A DNA stretch of 64,000 nucleotides from an uncultured bacterium (GTDB taxonomy: Bacteria > DYJV01), in contig CAZIZE010000063.1 in assembly GCA_964543655.1 (NCBI GenBank), positions 23,020-87,019 of the forward strand. Direction: 5' to 3'. Numbering within the stretch: the first letter of the stretch is position 1; every line of letters starts with the position of its first letter. Positions 1-8,975 of the stretch are shown piece by piece. The notes below the pieces were generated by a model. It was not told the DNA's origin. It saw nothing but the letters and a program-made list of their open reading frames with translations, and searched no databases. A program made the translations under genes and the position numbers.

Positions 1-4
1 AAAA

Positions 5-967
5 ATGAAAAAATTTTTTCTCTTAATATTTTTGCTATTTTTTGCAGCATCAGTTTATTCTGCAAATAAAGAAGTTATTGTTAAGTTAAAGGATAAAACT
101 GTTTCACCAACTACTATAGTTAAACTAAAAAATATAGGAATGGTTATTGGTGACAAAAGATTAGAAAATCTTATTATTGTAAAGTTTAATGAGGGGAGAG
201 AATCGTTTCTATTAAATAAGCAATTTGTTTACAACAAAATATTAAATTTCTATATTTCCAAAAAAGAAAATCCACCTAAAATAGTTTTGATTTCACACAA
301 TGCAATAAAGATATTAAGAAAAACTTATTTTCTTACATCTGAAACAATTCAAAGCCTTATTAAAAAATTTTTAAGAACAAATAAAGAAAAAATATTTAAA
401 CATAAAGAGTATAAGATTATTAAAATTATTTCTCCTGAAAAAATAAGAATACCAGAGAAAAATATAGATATAAGAATTAGCCTATTGTCAGAAAAAAATT
501 GCCAGAGATTACCATTTTTACTGACTTTAATAAATCATCAGAAAGTTGTTAAAGAAGTAAGAGTTTTAGCAATTACAGAAGTAAAGGGAAAGTATGTTGT
601 TGCAAAGAGAAGAATTTTTCTCAGAAAAATATTAACCCCAGATGATGTTGAAGTAAAAGATGTCCCCTTAACATCAATGAAAGGTAATTATTTTACAAGT
701 TTAAAAGATGTTCTTGGAAAAATAACCACAAGATATATTAGAGCTGGTGAGCCAATATCTTCGGATATGATTAAAGAGCCTCCAATGGTAAAAAGGGGTG
801 AGATTGTTGATGTTATTGCAAAAGGAGAGGGAATTGTAATAACAACTAAAGCTAAAGCACTTGAAAATGGATATTTTAATAAAAATATAAGAGTGTTGAA
901 TATGAGCAGTGGCAAAGTATTTGATGGCACTGTTGTTGGATATGGAAAAGTAAGAGTGATTTTTTAG
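5..967 (+). CDS. flgA: Flagellar basal-body P-ring formation protein FlgA
   Basis: N-terminal signal peptide; C-terminal SAF-like region (RYIRAGEPISSDMI...GKVFDGTVVGYGKVRV) typical of FlgA; immediately upstream of flgI. Confidence 0.65.
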   Translation: MKKFFLLIFLLFFAASVYSANKEVIVKLKDKTVSPTTIVKLKNIGMVIGDKRLENLIIVKFNEGRESFLLNKQFVYNKILNFYISKKENPPKIVLISHNAIKILRKTYFLTSETIQSLIKKFLRTNKEKIFKHKEYKIIKIISPEKIRIPEKNIDIRISLLSEKNCQRLPFLLTLINHQKVVKEVRVLAITEVKGKYVVAKRRIFLRKILTPDDVEVKDVPLTSMKGNYFTSLKDVLGKITTRYIRAGEPISSDMIKEPPMVKRGEIVDVIAKGEGIVITTKAKALENGYFNKNIRVLNMSSGKVFDGTVVGYGKVRVIF

Positions 968-972
968 AAATT

Positions 973-2070
973 TTGGAGGAAAAAATGAGGTTTTTGAAGA
1001 TTATTTTTGCAAATTTAATAATCTTAATTTTTGCAACCAATATTTTTGGTGCAAGATTAAAAGATATAATGAATATTAGAGGTGTGAGAGACAATCAATT
1101 AATAGGTTATGGCCTTGTTGTTGGGCTTAATGGCACTGGTGATGATGGAAAAAAGACATCATTTACTTTTGAAGCATTAACAAATATGCTTCGAAATATG
1201 GGTATAACAGTTAATAAAAAAGATATTGATAGCAATAATGTAGCTGCTGTTGTTGTTACTGCGGATCTCCCTCCATTTGGTAAACCTGGTATGAAGATAG
1301 ATGTAATTGTTTCCTCACTTGGTGATGCAAAATCATTACAGGGAGGAACTCTTTTAATGACTCCTTTAAAAGGTCCTGATGGAGTTGTTTATGCAGTTGC
1401 CCAGGGACCTGTGTCAATTGGTGGTTATGTTGCTGGAAATAGAGGAGGAAAAAATTTCCCAACAACAGGTAGAGTGCCTGATGGAGCTATTATTGAAAAA
1501 GCAGTACCTTTTTCATTAACTAAAAAGAAGAAGATTTTTCTCACTTTAAAGAATCCTGACTTTAGCACCAGTTCTAAAGTTGCTGATACTATTAATTTTG
1601 TTTTTAACTCTAATATTGCAACACCAGTTGATAGTTCTACAATTGAAGTTAGAGTTCCAACAAATGAGAACATTGTAAGATTCATTTCTAAAATAGAAAA
1701 AATTGATGTAACTCCTGATACATCAGCAAAAGTGGTTGTTAATGAAAGAACAGGTACTGTTGTTATTGGAGAAAATGTTAGAATAAGCACCATTGCACTT
1801 GCACATGGTAATCTCAGTATTCAGATAACAGAAAATCCTCAAGTTTCTCAGCCAAATCCTCTTGCTGGTGGAAACACTGTAGTAACAAATACAGAGAATG
1901 TAAAAGTAAAAGAGGAGAAGAAAAAATTAATGTTAGTAAATAAATCAGTTAATATAAAAGATCTTGTTAGAGGCTTAAATAGAATAGGTGTTTCTCCAAG
2001 GGATTTAATATCTATTTTGCAGGCAATAAAAGAAGCAGGTGCTTTGCAGGGTGATCTTATAATTATGTAG
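973..2070 (+). CDS. flgI: Flagellar P-ring protein FlgI
   Basis: Signal peptide followed by the strongly conserved FlgI core (GYGLVVGLNGTGD, LQGGTLLMTPLKGPDG, PRDLISILQAIKEAGAL). Confidence 0.9.
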   Translation: MEEKMRFLKIIFANLIILIFATNIFGARLKDIMNIRGVRDNQLIGYGLVVGLNGTGDDGKKTSFTFEALTNMLRNMGITVNKKDIDSNNVAAVVVTADLPPFGKPGMKIDVIVSSLGDAKSLQGGTLLMTPLKGPDGVVYAVAQGPVSIGGYVAGNRGGKNFPTTGRVPDGAIIEKAVPFSLTKKKKIFLTLKNPDFSTSSKVADTINFVFNSNIATPVDSSTIEVRVPTNENIVRFISKIEKIDVTPDTSAKVVVNERTGTVVIGENVRISTIALAHGNLSIQITENPQVSQPNPLAGGNTVVTNTENVKVKEEKKKLMLVNKSVNIKDLVRGLNRIGVSPRDLISILQAIKEAGALQGDLIIM

Positions 2071-2083
2071 TAAAGGAAAGAAG

Positions 2084-2407
2084 ATGGATATAAAAATTGA
2101 TAATAATATTTTAATGAAAAAATTAAACTCTGATATTAATAAACTTTCAAAAGAAGCTAAAGAGATCAAAAATGACAAGAAATTGAAAGATGCGTGTAAA
2201 GATTTTGAAAGTTTTTTTCTCTACTATATGTTTAAAGAAATGAAAAAAACTGTTCCAGAGTATGATATTGTTAAAAAAAGTAATGGTGAAAAAATTTATG
2301 AGTCATTTTACCTTGAGCAAATAACTAAAAAAATGGCTGACAGAGGTGGCATAGGTATTGCAGATATGATTTATAACAACTTTAAACAGGAAAAAATTTC
2401 AAAATAG
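2084..2407 (+). CDS. Rod-binding protein (FlgJ N-terminal-domain-like, no muramidase domain)
   Basis: About 107 aa; FESFFLYYMFKEM...ADRGGIGIADMIY matches the FlgJ rod-binding domain family; position flgI-x-flgM. Confidence 0.6.
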   Translation: MDIKIDNNILMKKLNSDINKLSKEAKEIKNDKKLKDACKDFESFFLYYMFKEMKKTVPEYDIVKKSNGEKIYESFYLEQITKKMADRGGIGIADMIYNNFKQEKISK

Positions 2408-2420
2408 TAGTTGAAAAATT

Positions 2421-2447
2421 TAAAGTTTTTTAATATCCTGCCGATGA
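2421..2447 (+). promoter_or_regulatory. Sigma-28 (FliA)-type promoter upstream of flgM: TAAA-N15-GCCGATGA
   Basis: TAAA at 2421-2424, 15-nt spacer, GCCGATGA at 2440-2447 versus consensus TAAA-N15-GCCGATAA. A hairpin (CCTGCC 2437-2442 / GGCAGG 2460-2465) overlaps the -10 and the Shine-Dalgarno sequence. Confidence 0.55.
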
Positions 2448-2475
2448 AAAAAATAAAAAGGCAGGAGGAGTGAAA

Positions 2476-2778
2476 ATGAAAATAGACACAAACGAATTAG
2501 GAATAAAAAACTTAATAAAAATAGATAAAAAAACTTCAAATAGTAAAGGTAGCTCCTTAAAAAAATCTGAAAGTGCAGATTATGATTCTGTTAGTTTTTC
2601 AGATGATTTGAAAAAAGCAGAAGAAAAAGTAGTTGATGTTTTAAATTATCCTGAAAAGAGAAGTGAAAAAATAGAACAAATTAAAGAAATGATAAAATCA
2701 GGGAAATATAATGTTGATGTTCATAAATTAACAGATAAAATTATAGATGATTTAATTTATGGAAAATTTTATAGGTGA
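2476..2778 (+). CDS. flgM: Anti-sigma-28 factor FlgM
   Basis: Small acidic protein with the conserved C-terminal FlgM helix (IEQIKEMIKSGKYNVDVHKLTDKIIDDL). Start chosen at the ATG 7 nt after AGGAGG rather than the GTG at 2470. Confidence 0.6.
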   Translation: MKIDTNELGIKNLIKIDKKTSNSKGSSLKKSESADYDSVSFSDDLKKAEEKVVDVLNYPEKRSEKIEQIKEMIKSGKYNVDVHKLTDKIIDDLIYGKFYR

Positions 2779-2789
2779 GGTAGAATATT

Positions 2790-3305
2790 ATGAGAAATGA
2801 GCTTGCAAAAAAAACAATCCCATCACTTTTATCTTTATTATCACAGGAGTATCAATTTTATAAGGAATTGGAACAGCTTTTAATAGAAGAGAGAGATTGC
2901 ATAGTTAATATGCAGAATGAAGAATTAACCAATATTAATTTTAAAAAAGAATCGTTGCTTTTAAATATTTTAGAAATAAAAAATGAAAGAGAGGAGATTC
3001 TTAATCAGATAAGCAATTATTTAAACATTAAAAAAGATGATATTTCTATTTCTTTTCTTTTAAAAACTTTTCCTGAATATGAAAAAGATTTTGCTGAATT
3101 TAAAATTAAATTTAAAAAAATTGGGCAGAAAATTAAATCTTTAAACGATATTAATAAACATATCCTTAATTCATCTCTTAATTTCATAAAATCATCTCTA
3201 AACATATTTTATCAAAATTCAAATAGAGCAGTTTATACAAATTTTGGCAAGGTTCGTGTTAATAAAAGTTATATGGCAAAAAGTTCCTTTAGCAGCAAAA
3301 TTTAG
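2790..3305 (+). CDS. flgN: FlgN-like flagellar export chaperone
   Basis: Helical, about 171 aa, FlgN-like N-terminal pattern; position flgM-flgN-flgK. Confidence 0.5.
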   Translation: MRNELAKKTIPSLLSLLSQEYQFYKELEQLLIEERDCIVNMQNEELTNINFKKESLLLNILEIKNEREEILNQISNYLNIKKDDISISFLLKTFPEYEKDFAEFKIKFKKIGQKIKSLNDINKHILNSSLNFIKSSLNIFYQNSNRAVYTNFGKVRVNKSYMAKSSFSSKI

Positions 3306-3331
3306 CCAATAACTTTTTCACGAGGTAAAAA

Positions 3332-5626
3332 ATGTCTTTAGGATTAAGCAATGCTTTGCAAATTGCAAAGACAGGGTTGTATGTAAATGAATACTTAATC
3401 AATGTCCATGGGCAGAATATTACCAATGCAAATACACCTGGATATTCCAGAAAAGAAGTTTCTCTGGAGCCTACTACTCCTATTACAAATGTTTCTCCTG
3501 GTAATGTTGGAACAGGTGTTAAAGTAACAGAGATAAAAAGGGTTGTTGACCAGTTTCTAAATATTCAGTTAGTTAAAAACAATAGTCAGGTAAACAATTG
3601 GGAAGCTGCTGATAAATATCTTCAACAGATTGAGCGAATTTTTAATAATACAGCAGAGGGTTCTTTAAACAGCTCTCTTGATGATTTCTGGAATGCATGG
3701 CTTGATCTATCAAATGACCCATCAAATAGTGCAGCAAGAGAAGCTCTACTTAATAAATCTAAAACCTTAGAGGATTTTTTTCAGACAACAAAATCACAAC
3801 TTGATTATATAAATGGCTCAATTGAGGAAGAGATAAAGGATAAAGTTGATAATATAAATGATATAGTTAGTCAAATAGCTGATTTAAATGATAAAATATT
3901 TAATTCAGAGGTTCATGAAAATAATAATGCAAATGATTTAAGGGATCAAAGAGATAAACTTTTAAATAAACTGTCTTCTCTAATTGATATTTCATATGTT
4001 GAAGAGAATCACCAGTTTAATGTTTTTTTGAATAATGGAACATCTTTAGTTACAGGTGTATTTACAAACACTTTAACAGCAGAAGGTGATTCAGATAACA
4101 GAAATTTAACCTCTATATATTTTAATGGAACCAATGATAACTCAAAAATCAATATAACACATACTATTAAAGATGGTGCTTTGAAGGGATTAATTTATGC
4201 AAGAGATTTAACACAAAAATATGAGGATAGATTAAATACAATTGCAAATGCCATTATGAAAGAAGTTAATAATGTTCACTCTCAGGGTATAGGCACAGAA
4301 GCTCTTACAGATGTTACAGGTTCAGTTAAGCTTGATTATAAAGATGCTCCTTTTAACTATTCTGGGGTGCAACAAGCTGTAAATAGTGGTAGTTTTAAAT
4401 TAATTGTATATGACTCAAATGGTAATGCCACATCAAATACAATTAATATTGGCGACCCTGATAATCAGGTGACAGGAGAGATCAATTCATTGCAAGAGCT
4501 TGTTGACTACATTAATGCAAATGTAGTAAATGTTACAGCATCTTCAAGCAATAATCAACTAAAAATAACAGCAGCTTCAGGTTACTCTTTTGGATTTGCT
4601 GATGATACATCTGGTGTATTATCTGCGCTTGGTGTTAACACCTATTTTAAAGGAGATAGATACTCTTTAACAAAAACTATTAATATAGTTGCTAACAATG
4701 ATCCTGCAAATGCTGCAGGAGATGCAATAACATTTACTGAATTTAGCAAAAAAAGCTTATTAACAGGTCATGAGTATAATATAGAATTTGATGCTTCTGG
4801 CAATATTAATATAACTGATATTAATACAGGAGATAAAGTTTCCAGCATAAAAACTTCAATTTCAGATGGTAAATATACATTAGAATTTGATGGAATAAAA
4901 ATGCAGTTTGGTGCTACCAAACCAGCAAATGGAAGTAAATACTACATTAGAAATATAGATGCAACAAGTGTAATTGATGATGATAATTTTTCCAATCACA
5001 TTTTTAGACTTGATTTTAGAAATGGCACTGATAATCTTTCTGTTTTTGATGTAACTGATAATCTCACTCTTTCAAGTGGAGATTTTACAACTACTGACTT
5101 AGATATTGATGGTGATGGTACTGCTGATCATGTGGCTGTAAATATAAAAAAATTTGGAATTACCGCTACAATTAAAAAAGATAGTTTTGGTGTAGCTCAA
5201 ATTACCCCTGATAAAGTTGGTGCTCAATTTATTGACAACAATATTTCTGATGGCAAAAATATTGCCGCAGCAAAGATTCAAACTGATAATGGAAATACAT
5301 TTTCAATAGGAGATAATAGAAACGCATTAGAAATAGCAGATTTACGGGATAAAAAAGCATTAAATAATGGAAGCTCTACAATAAATGATTATTTAAGCTC
5401 ATTTTTAGCTGAAATTGGATTTGATAGAGGAGATATAAAAAATAAAGTAGATGCTTCTAAGGTTACCCAGGAAAGTCTTCAAAAGCAGAGGGATAATGTT
5501 AGTGGTGTATCTCTTGATGAAGAGATGACAAAGCTTATTCAGATACAGCATGCTTACAGCGCAACAGCAAAATTATTAAATGTTGTTGATAGCTTAATGG
5601 CAACTTTAATTGAAACAGTTAGTTAA
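3332..5626 (+). CDS. flgK: Flagellar hook-associated protein 1 FlgK (unusually long, 764 aa)
   Basis: N-terminal rod/hook family motif (GLSNALQIAKTGLYVNEYLINVHGQNITNANTPGYSRKEV) and C-terminal DEEMTKLIQIQHAYSATAKLLNVVDSLMATLI; large variable middle region. Confidence 0.85.
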   Translation: MSLGLSNALQIAKTGLYVNEYLINVHGQNITNANTPGYSRKEVSLEPTTPITNVSPGNVGTGVKVTEIKRVVDQFLNIQLVKNNSQVNNWEAADKYLQQIERIFNNTAEGSLNSSLDDFWNAWLDLSNDPSNSAAREALLNKSKTLEDFFQTTKSQLDYINGSIEEEIKDKVDNINDIVSQIADLNDKIFNSEVHENNNANDLRDQRDKLLNKLSSLIDISYVEENHQFNVFLNNGTSLVTGVFTNTLTAEGDSDNRNLTSIYFNGTNDNSKINITHTIKDGALKGLIYARDLTQKYEDRLNTIANAIMKEVNNVHSQGIGTEALTDVTGSVKLDYKDAPFNYSGVQQAVNSGSFKLIVYDSNGNATSNTINIGDPDNQVTGEINSLQELVDYINANVVNVTASSSNNQLKITAASGYSFGFADDTSGVLSALGVNTYFKGDRYSLTKTINIVANNDPANAAGDAITFTEFSKKSLLTGHEYNIEFDASGNINITDINTGDKVSSIKTSISDGKYTLEFDGIKMQFGATKPANGSKYYIRNIDATSVIDDDNFSNHIFRLDFRNGTDNLSVFDVTDNLTLSSGDFTTTDLDIDGDGTADHVAVNIKKFGITATIKKDSFGVAQITPDKVGAQFIDNNISDGKNIAAAKIQTDNGNTFSIGDNRNALEIADLRDKKALNNGSSTINDYLSSFLAEIGFDRGDIKNKVDASKVTQESLQKQRDNVSGVSLDEEMTKLIQIQHAYSATAKLLNVVDSLMATLIETVS

Positions 5627-5648
5627 AAAATAAAATGGAGAGAGAAAA

Positions 5649-6779
5649 ATGAGAGTAACACTTGATGGCCAATATCGTAGTATGATATCTTCTCTTCAAT
5701 CACAAATGACAGAAATGACAAATTTGAATGATCAGATTTCAAGTGGAAAAAGACTCCAATATCTTAGTGATGATCCACTTGCTTCAGCAGAAGTTATAAA
5801 GTTTAAAAAACGGCTTACTCATATAGAGCAATACAACAAAGATATTACAAGGGGAAATGCCTGGATTAAATCAACAGATAATGTGCTGGATAATGTTGAA
5901 GGAATAGTGAGAGATGTAAAAACATATGCAGAGCAGGCAGCAACAGAAACTTATGATTATGATAATAGAAAAGAGATCTCTTACCATATTGATGCTATGG
6001 CTGAGGAGATAATGCAAAATGCCAACACAGATATTAATGGAGAGTATATTTTTTCAGGTTTCAAAACAGATAGAAAACCATTTAAAATTCCTGATTCAGC
6101 TTTTCAGAGTACAGGTAGTAATGGCAATAATTTTACAATAAGTGGTTATAAGCATAGTTTTGATCTTAATTTGAAAATCAGGGCAATAGATTCCACACAT
6201 TATGAATTTAGTGTTGATGGGGGCAATACATATATTAATAATAATGGCAGTGGTTTTACCTTTGGAGCAGTTAATCCTATACTTGGTTTCACAATTTCAG
6301 GCACAGCTACTGCAAATGAAGAAGCAACTTTTAACATAGAGCATGAATATCAGGGAGACAATGGAGAGTATAAAGTTGAAACTAATAAGGGACAACATAT
6401 TACAATAAATAAAACAGGAAAAGAAGTTTTTGCTGAGTCAGATGATAAAAATATATTTAAAATTATGGGTAACTTATGGGCAGGACTTGTTACAAATAAT
6501 AGAGACATGATTTCTAACCAGATAGATAAATTAAATAATTTTGAAAAACATGATTTAAAATTACAGGCATGGACAGGCTCAAGTTTAAATAGGCTTGACC
6601 AAATATCAAATAGTATGTTAGTGAAAGATAAAGAGAACACTACCAAGGCTATTTCAGACCTTGAAGATGCTGATGTTAGTGAAGCTATTACAAAGCTTAT
6701 GCAAACTCAAACTATTTATGAAGCTACTTTAAAAGCTACAGCAATGATTTCCAATATAAATATTATGAACTTTTTATAA
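5649..6779 (+). CDS. flgL: Flagellar hook-associated protein 3 FlgL
   Basis: Flagellin-like N- and C-terminal helices (LSDDPLASAEVIKFKKRL...; EAITKLMQTQTIYEATLKATAMISNINIMNFL); follows flgK. Confidence 0.75.
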   Translation: MRVTLDGQYRSMISSLQSQMTEMTNLNDQISSGKRLQYLSDDPLASAEVIKFKKRLTHIEQYNKDITRGNAWIKSTDNVLDNVEGIVRDVKTYAEQAATETYDYDNRKEISYHIDAMAEEIMQNANTDINGEYIFSGFKTDRKPFKIPDSAFQSTGSNGNNFTISGYKHSFDLNLKIRAIDSTHYEFSVDGGNTYINNNGSGFTFGAVNPILGFTISGTATANEEATFNIEHEYQGDNGEYKVETNKGQHITINKTGKEVFAESDDKNIFKIMGNLWAGLVTNNRDMISNQIDKLNNFEKHDLKLQAWTGSSLNRLDQISNSMLVKDKENTTKAISDLEDADVSEAITKLMQTQTIYEATLKATAMISNINIMNFL

Positions 6780-6797
6780 AATAGAAAAGGAAAATTT

Positions 6798-7028
6798 ATG
6801 CTCGTTCTAACACGGAAGTTGGGAGAAACAATAGTAATTTCAGATAATATAAAGGTTACAGTTATTGGGATTTCAGGTAAGCAGGTTAAATTGGGTATTG
6901 AAGCACCTAAAGGTATTTCTGTGCATAGAGAGGAAGTTTTTCAAAAAATAAAAGAAGAAAATATACTTGCATCAAAATGGTCTGTTGATGTAAATGAAAT
7001 AAAAGAAATTTTTAGGAAACAGGGGTAG
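6798..7028 (+). CDS. csrA: Carbon storage regulator CsrA
   Basis: [47 protein letters not shown] is a canonical CsrA. Confidence 0.9.
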   Translation: MLVLTRKLGETIVISDNIKVTVIGISGKQVKLGIEAPKGISVHREEVFQKIKEENILASKWSVDVNEIKEIFRKQG

Positions 7029-7031
7029 TTT

Positions 7032-7550
7032 ATGAAAATTTTTTCTACAAGGTTTGGTGAAATTGAGATTAAGGATAATTCTACAATTTTTTTTCCAGAA
7101 GGTATTCCTGGTTTTCAAGATTTTAAAAATTATGTGTTATTAAGAAAAGAAGATAATGATATGTTCTGTTTTTTACACTCAACTGATACTCCTGATTTAA
7201 TGTTTATTCTCACTATTCCTTACCTTGTTTTATTTGATTATGAATTTAATATCCCTACAGAGGATTGTAACCTTCTGGAAATAGAAGAGAAAAATTTAGA
7301 AGATGTAGGTGTATTTGTTATTACAAAAATTGATAAAAATAAAAATATTTTTATAAACTTAAAAGCCCCTGTATGTATTAATTTTGAGAAAAAAATAGGA
7401 AAGCAGATTATTCTATATAACAGCGATTATTCTCACCAATTCAAACTTGAGCCAGAAAAAATTGTTGAGAATTTTAAGAAAAATTTTGATAATTCAAAGG
7501 TTAACCTATCAAAACTGTGCATGAATATGGAAATAGCCACTTCTATTTAA
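7032..7550 (+). CDS. fliW: Flagellar assembly factor FliW
   Basis: FliW family N-terminus (MKIFSTRFGEIEIKDNSTIFFPEGIPGF...); adjacent to csrA as in the FliW-CsrA partner-switch arrangement. Confidence 0.85.
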   Translation: MKIFSTRFGEIEIKDNSTIFFPEGIPGFQDFKNYVLLRKEDNDMFCFLHSTDTPDLMFILTIPYLVLFDYEFNIPTEDCNLLEIEEKNLEDVGVFVITKIDKNKNIFINLKAPVCINFEKKIGKQIILYNSDYSHQFKLEPEKIVENFKKNFDNSKVNLSKLCMNMEIATSI

Positions 7551-8073
7551 TTTTTTCAAAATTATTGGGGAGTAAGTATTTTTTGGCAAGGTCAATGTAA
7601 AGCTGCTTGGCATACAACCAGAACTCTTTATGCCTCTCCTGCACATTGCCAATGATTTCAAAAGGATTACCTGCAACTATTTTTTCATCAGGAATTACAG
7701 CTCTTCTATTAACAACTGCTCCTTCTGCAACAATACTCCATTTGCCAATTACAACATCAAACCCAATAATAGCACCAATGCCAATTACTGAAAAAGATTT
7801 TAGCTCATTGCAGTGAAGTATTGCTCCATGCCCAATTGTAACTTTTTCACCTATTTTAAGAATCCCATTTGGTCTAATGTGTAAATTTGCTCCCTCTTCA
7901 ACAGCTGTGCCATTCCCTATTTCTATGGTGCCATAATCACCTCTTAATATTGCTCCATGGCCAACATAGCAGTTGTCACCAATTATAACATCACCTATTA
8001 CAAGGGCTGAATCACTAACAAAAGAATTTTTCCCAATAACAGGGACTCTATTATTAAATTTGTAAATAGCCAT
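7543..8073 (-). CDS. Gamma-class carbonic anhydrase / hexapeptide-repeat (LbH) family protein
   Basis: Left-handed beta-helix hexapeptide repeats throughout, gamma-CA/PaaY-like N-terminus (AIYKFNNRVPVIGKNSFVSDSALVIGDVIIG). Confidence 0.8.
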   Translation of the reverse strand: MAIYKFNNRVPVIGKNSFVSDSALVIGDVIIGDNCYVGHGAILRGDYGTIEIGNGTAVEEGANLHIRPNGILKIGEKVTIGHGAILHCNELKSFSVIGIGAIIGFDVVIGKWSIVAEGAVVNRRAVIPDEKIVAGNPFEIIGNVQERHKEFWLYAKQLYIDLAKKYLLPNNFEKIK

Positions 8074-8075
8074 TT

Positions 8076-8109
8076 TATAGAAAAAGCACCTTAAAAAATT
8101 AAGGTGCTT
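8076..8109 (-). terminator. Rho-independent terminator downstream of the epimerase gene
   Basis: Hairpin AAGCACCTTAA-N6-TTAAGGTGCTT (8084-8109) followed on the minus strand by TTTTTCTAT. Confidence 0.5.
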
Positions 8110-8115
8110 AAATTT

Positions 8116-8532
8116 TTAGTGACCAGGTTGACAGATTTCAGTTAAAACCCCACCAGAAGCCTTTGGATGAATAAAAGCTACTTTTGTATTATGTGCACCA
8201 TCTCTTGGCTCATTGTCAATAAGTTTAACACCTTTCTCTTTTAAAACTTTAAGTGCTTCATTTATATCTTCCACTTCATAGCAAATATGATGAATGCCTT
8301 CTCTATTTTTTTCAAGGTATTTTGCTATTGGTGAATCAGGTGATGTGGCCTGAACAAGCTCAATATTAACTTCTCCTATTTTGAAAAAAGCAACTTTTAC
8401 TTTTTGAGATGCCACTTCATCAGTGCCATTAAACTGAAAACCCAATTGATCTTTATAAAACTTCATAGATTCTTCAAGGTTTTTTACAGCAATTCCAATA
8501 TGGTTAATTTTTTTAAACATGCTTACCTCCAT
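8116..8532 (-). CDS. Methylmalonyl-CoA epimerase (VOC/glyoxalase fold)
   Basis: HIGIAV...SPIAKYLEKNREGIHHICYEVEDI...GAHNTKVAFIHPK..GGVLTEI matches MCE; sits in a methylmalonyl-CoA gene cluster. Confidence 0.75.
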   Translation of the reverse strand: MEVSMFKKINHIGIAVKNLEESMKFYKDQLGFQFNGTDEVASQKVKVAFFKIGEVNIELVQATSPDSPIAKYLEKNREGIHHICYEVEDINEALKVLKEKGVKLIDNEPRDGAHNTKVAFIHPKASGGVLTEICQPGH

Positions 8533-8544
8533 TTTCTATGGTTT

Positions 8545-8943
8545 CTAATCTCTTTTTACATTTTCTTTTATAAAATCAATGGTTTCCTGAGTATCTGTGC
8601 CAGGAAGAAATATTGCCTTGATTCCATTTTCTTTTAAAAAAGGTATGTCATCTTCTGGTATAATTCCACCACCAAAAACAAGTATATCATCACCACCCAT
8701 TGCTTTGAGGTTTTTAACAACTTCAGGAAATAATTTCTTATGTGCACCTGATAAACAGCTCAGCCCTACTGCATCAACATCTTCCTGAACAGCTGTCATT
8801 GCTATCTGCTTGGGTGTTTGCCTTATACCAGTGTATATTACTTCAAAACCTGCATCTCTAAGTGCCCTTGCAACTACTTTTGCACCTCTATCATGTCCAT
8901 CAAGACCAGGTTTTGCAATTAGAACTCTTATTTTTTTACCCAT
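8545..8943 (-). CDS. Methylmalonyl-CoA mutase, B12-binding small subunit
   Basis: Cobalamin-binding motif [26 protein letters not shown] (DxHxxG) in a 132-aa stand-alone domain. Confidence 0.85.
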   Translation of the reverse strand: MGKKIRVLIAKPGLDGHDRGAKVVARALRDAGFEVIYTGIRQTPKQIAMTAVQEDVDAVGLSCLSGAHKKLFPEVVKNLKAMGGDDILVFGGGIIPEDDIPFLKENGIKAIFLPGTDTQETIDFIKENVKRD

Positions 8944-8975
8944 TTTTACCCCCTAAAATTTTTTCAAAACAAGTG

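Noticed and set aside
688-1793. Antisense ORFs from the six-frame track, such as 688-930(-), 876-1094(-), 1425-1793(-), and likewise 9719-9982(-), 11138-11383(-), 27886-28230(+), 46685-46981(-), 57692-57991(-)
   Set aside because: Each lies inside, and antisense to, a gene with strong family-level support (flgA/flgI, mutase, carboxyltransferase, DpnA-like methyltransferase, cysK, the 631-aa ORF) and has no Shine-Dalgarno sequence or domain. They are typical shadow ORFs of AT-rich coding DNA.
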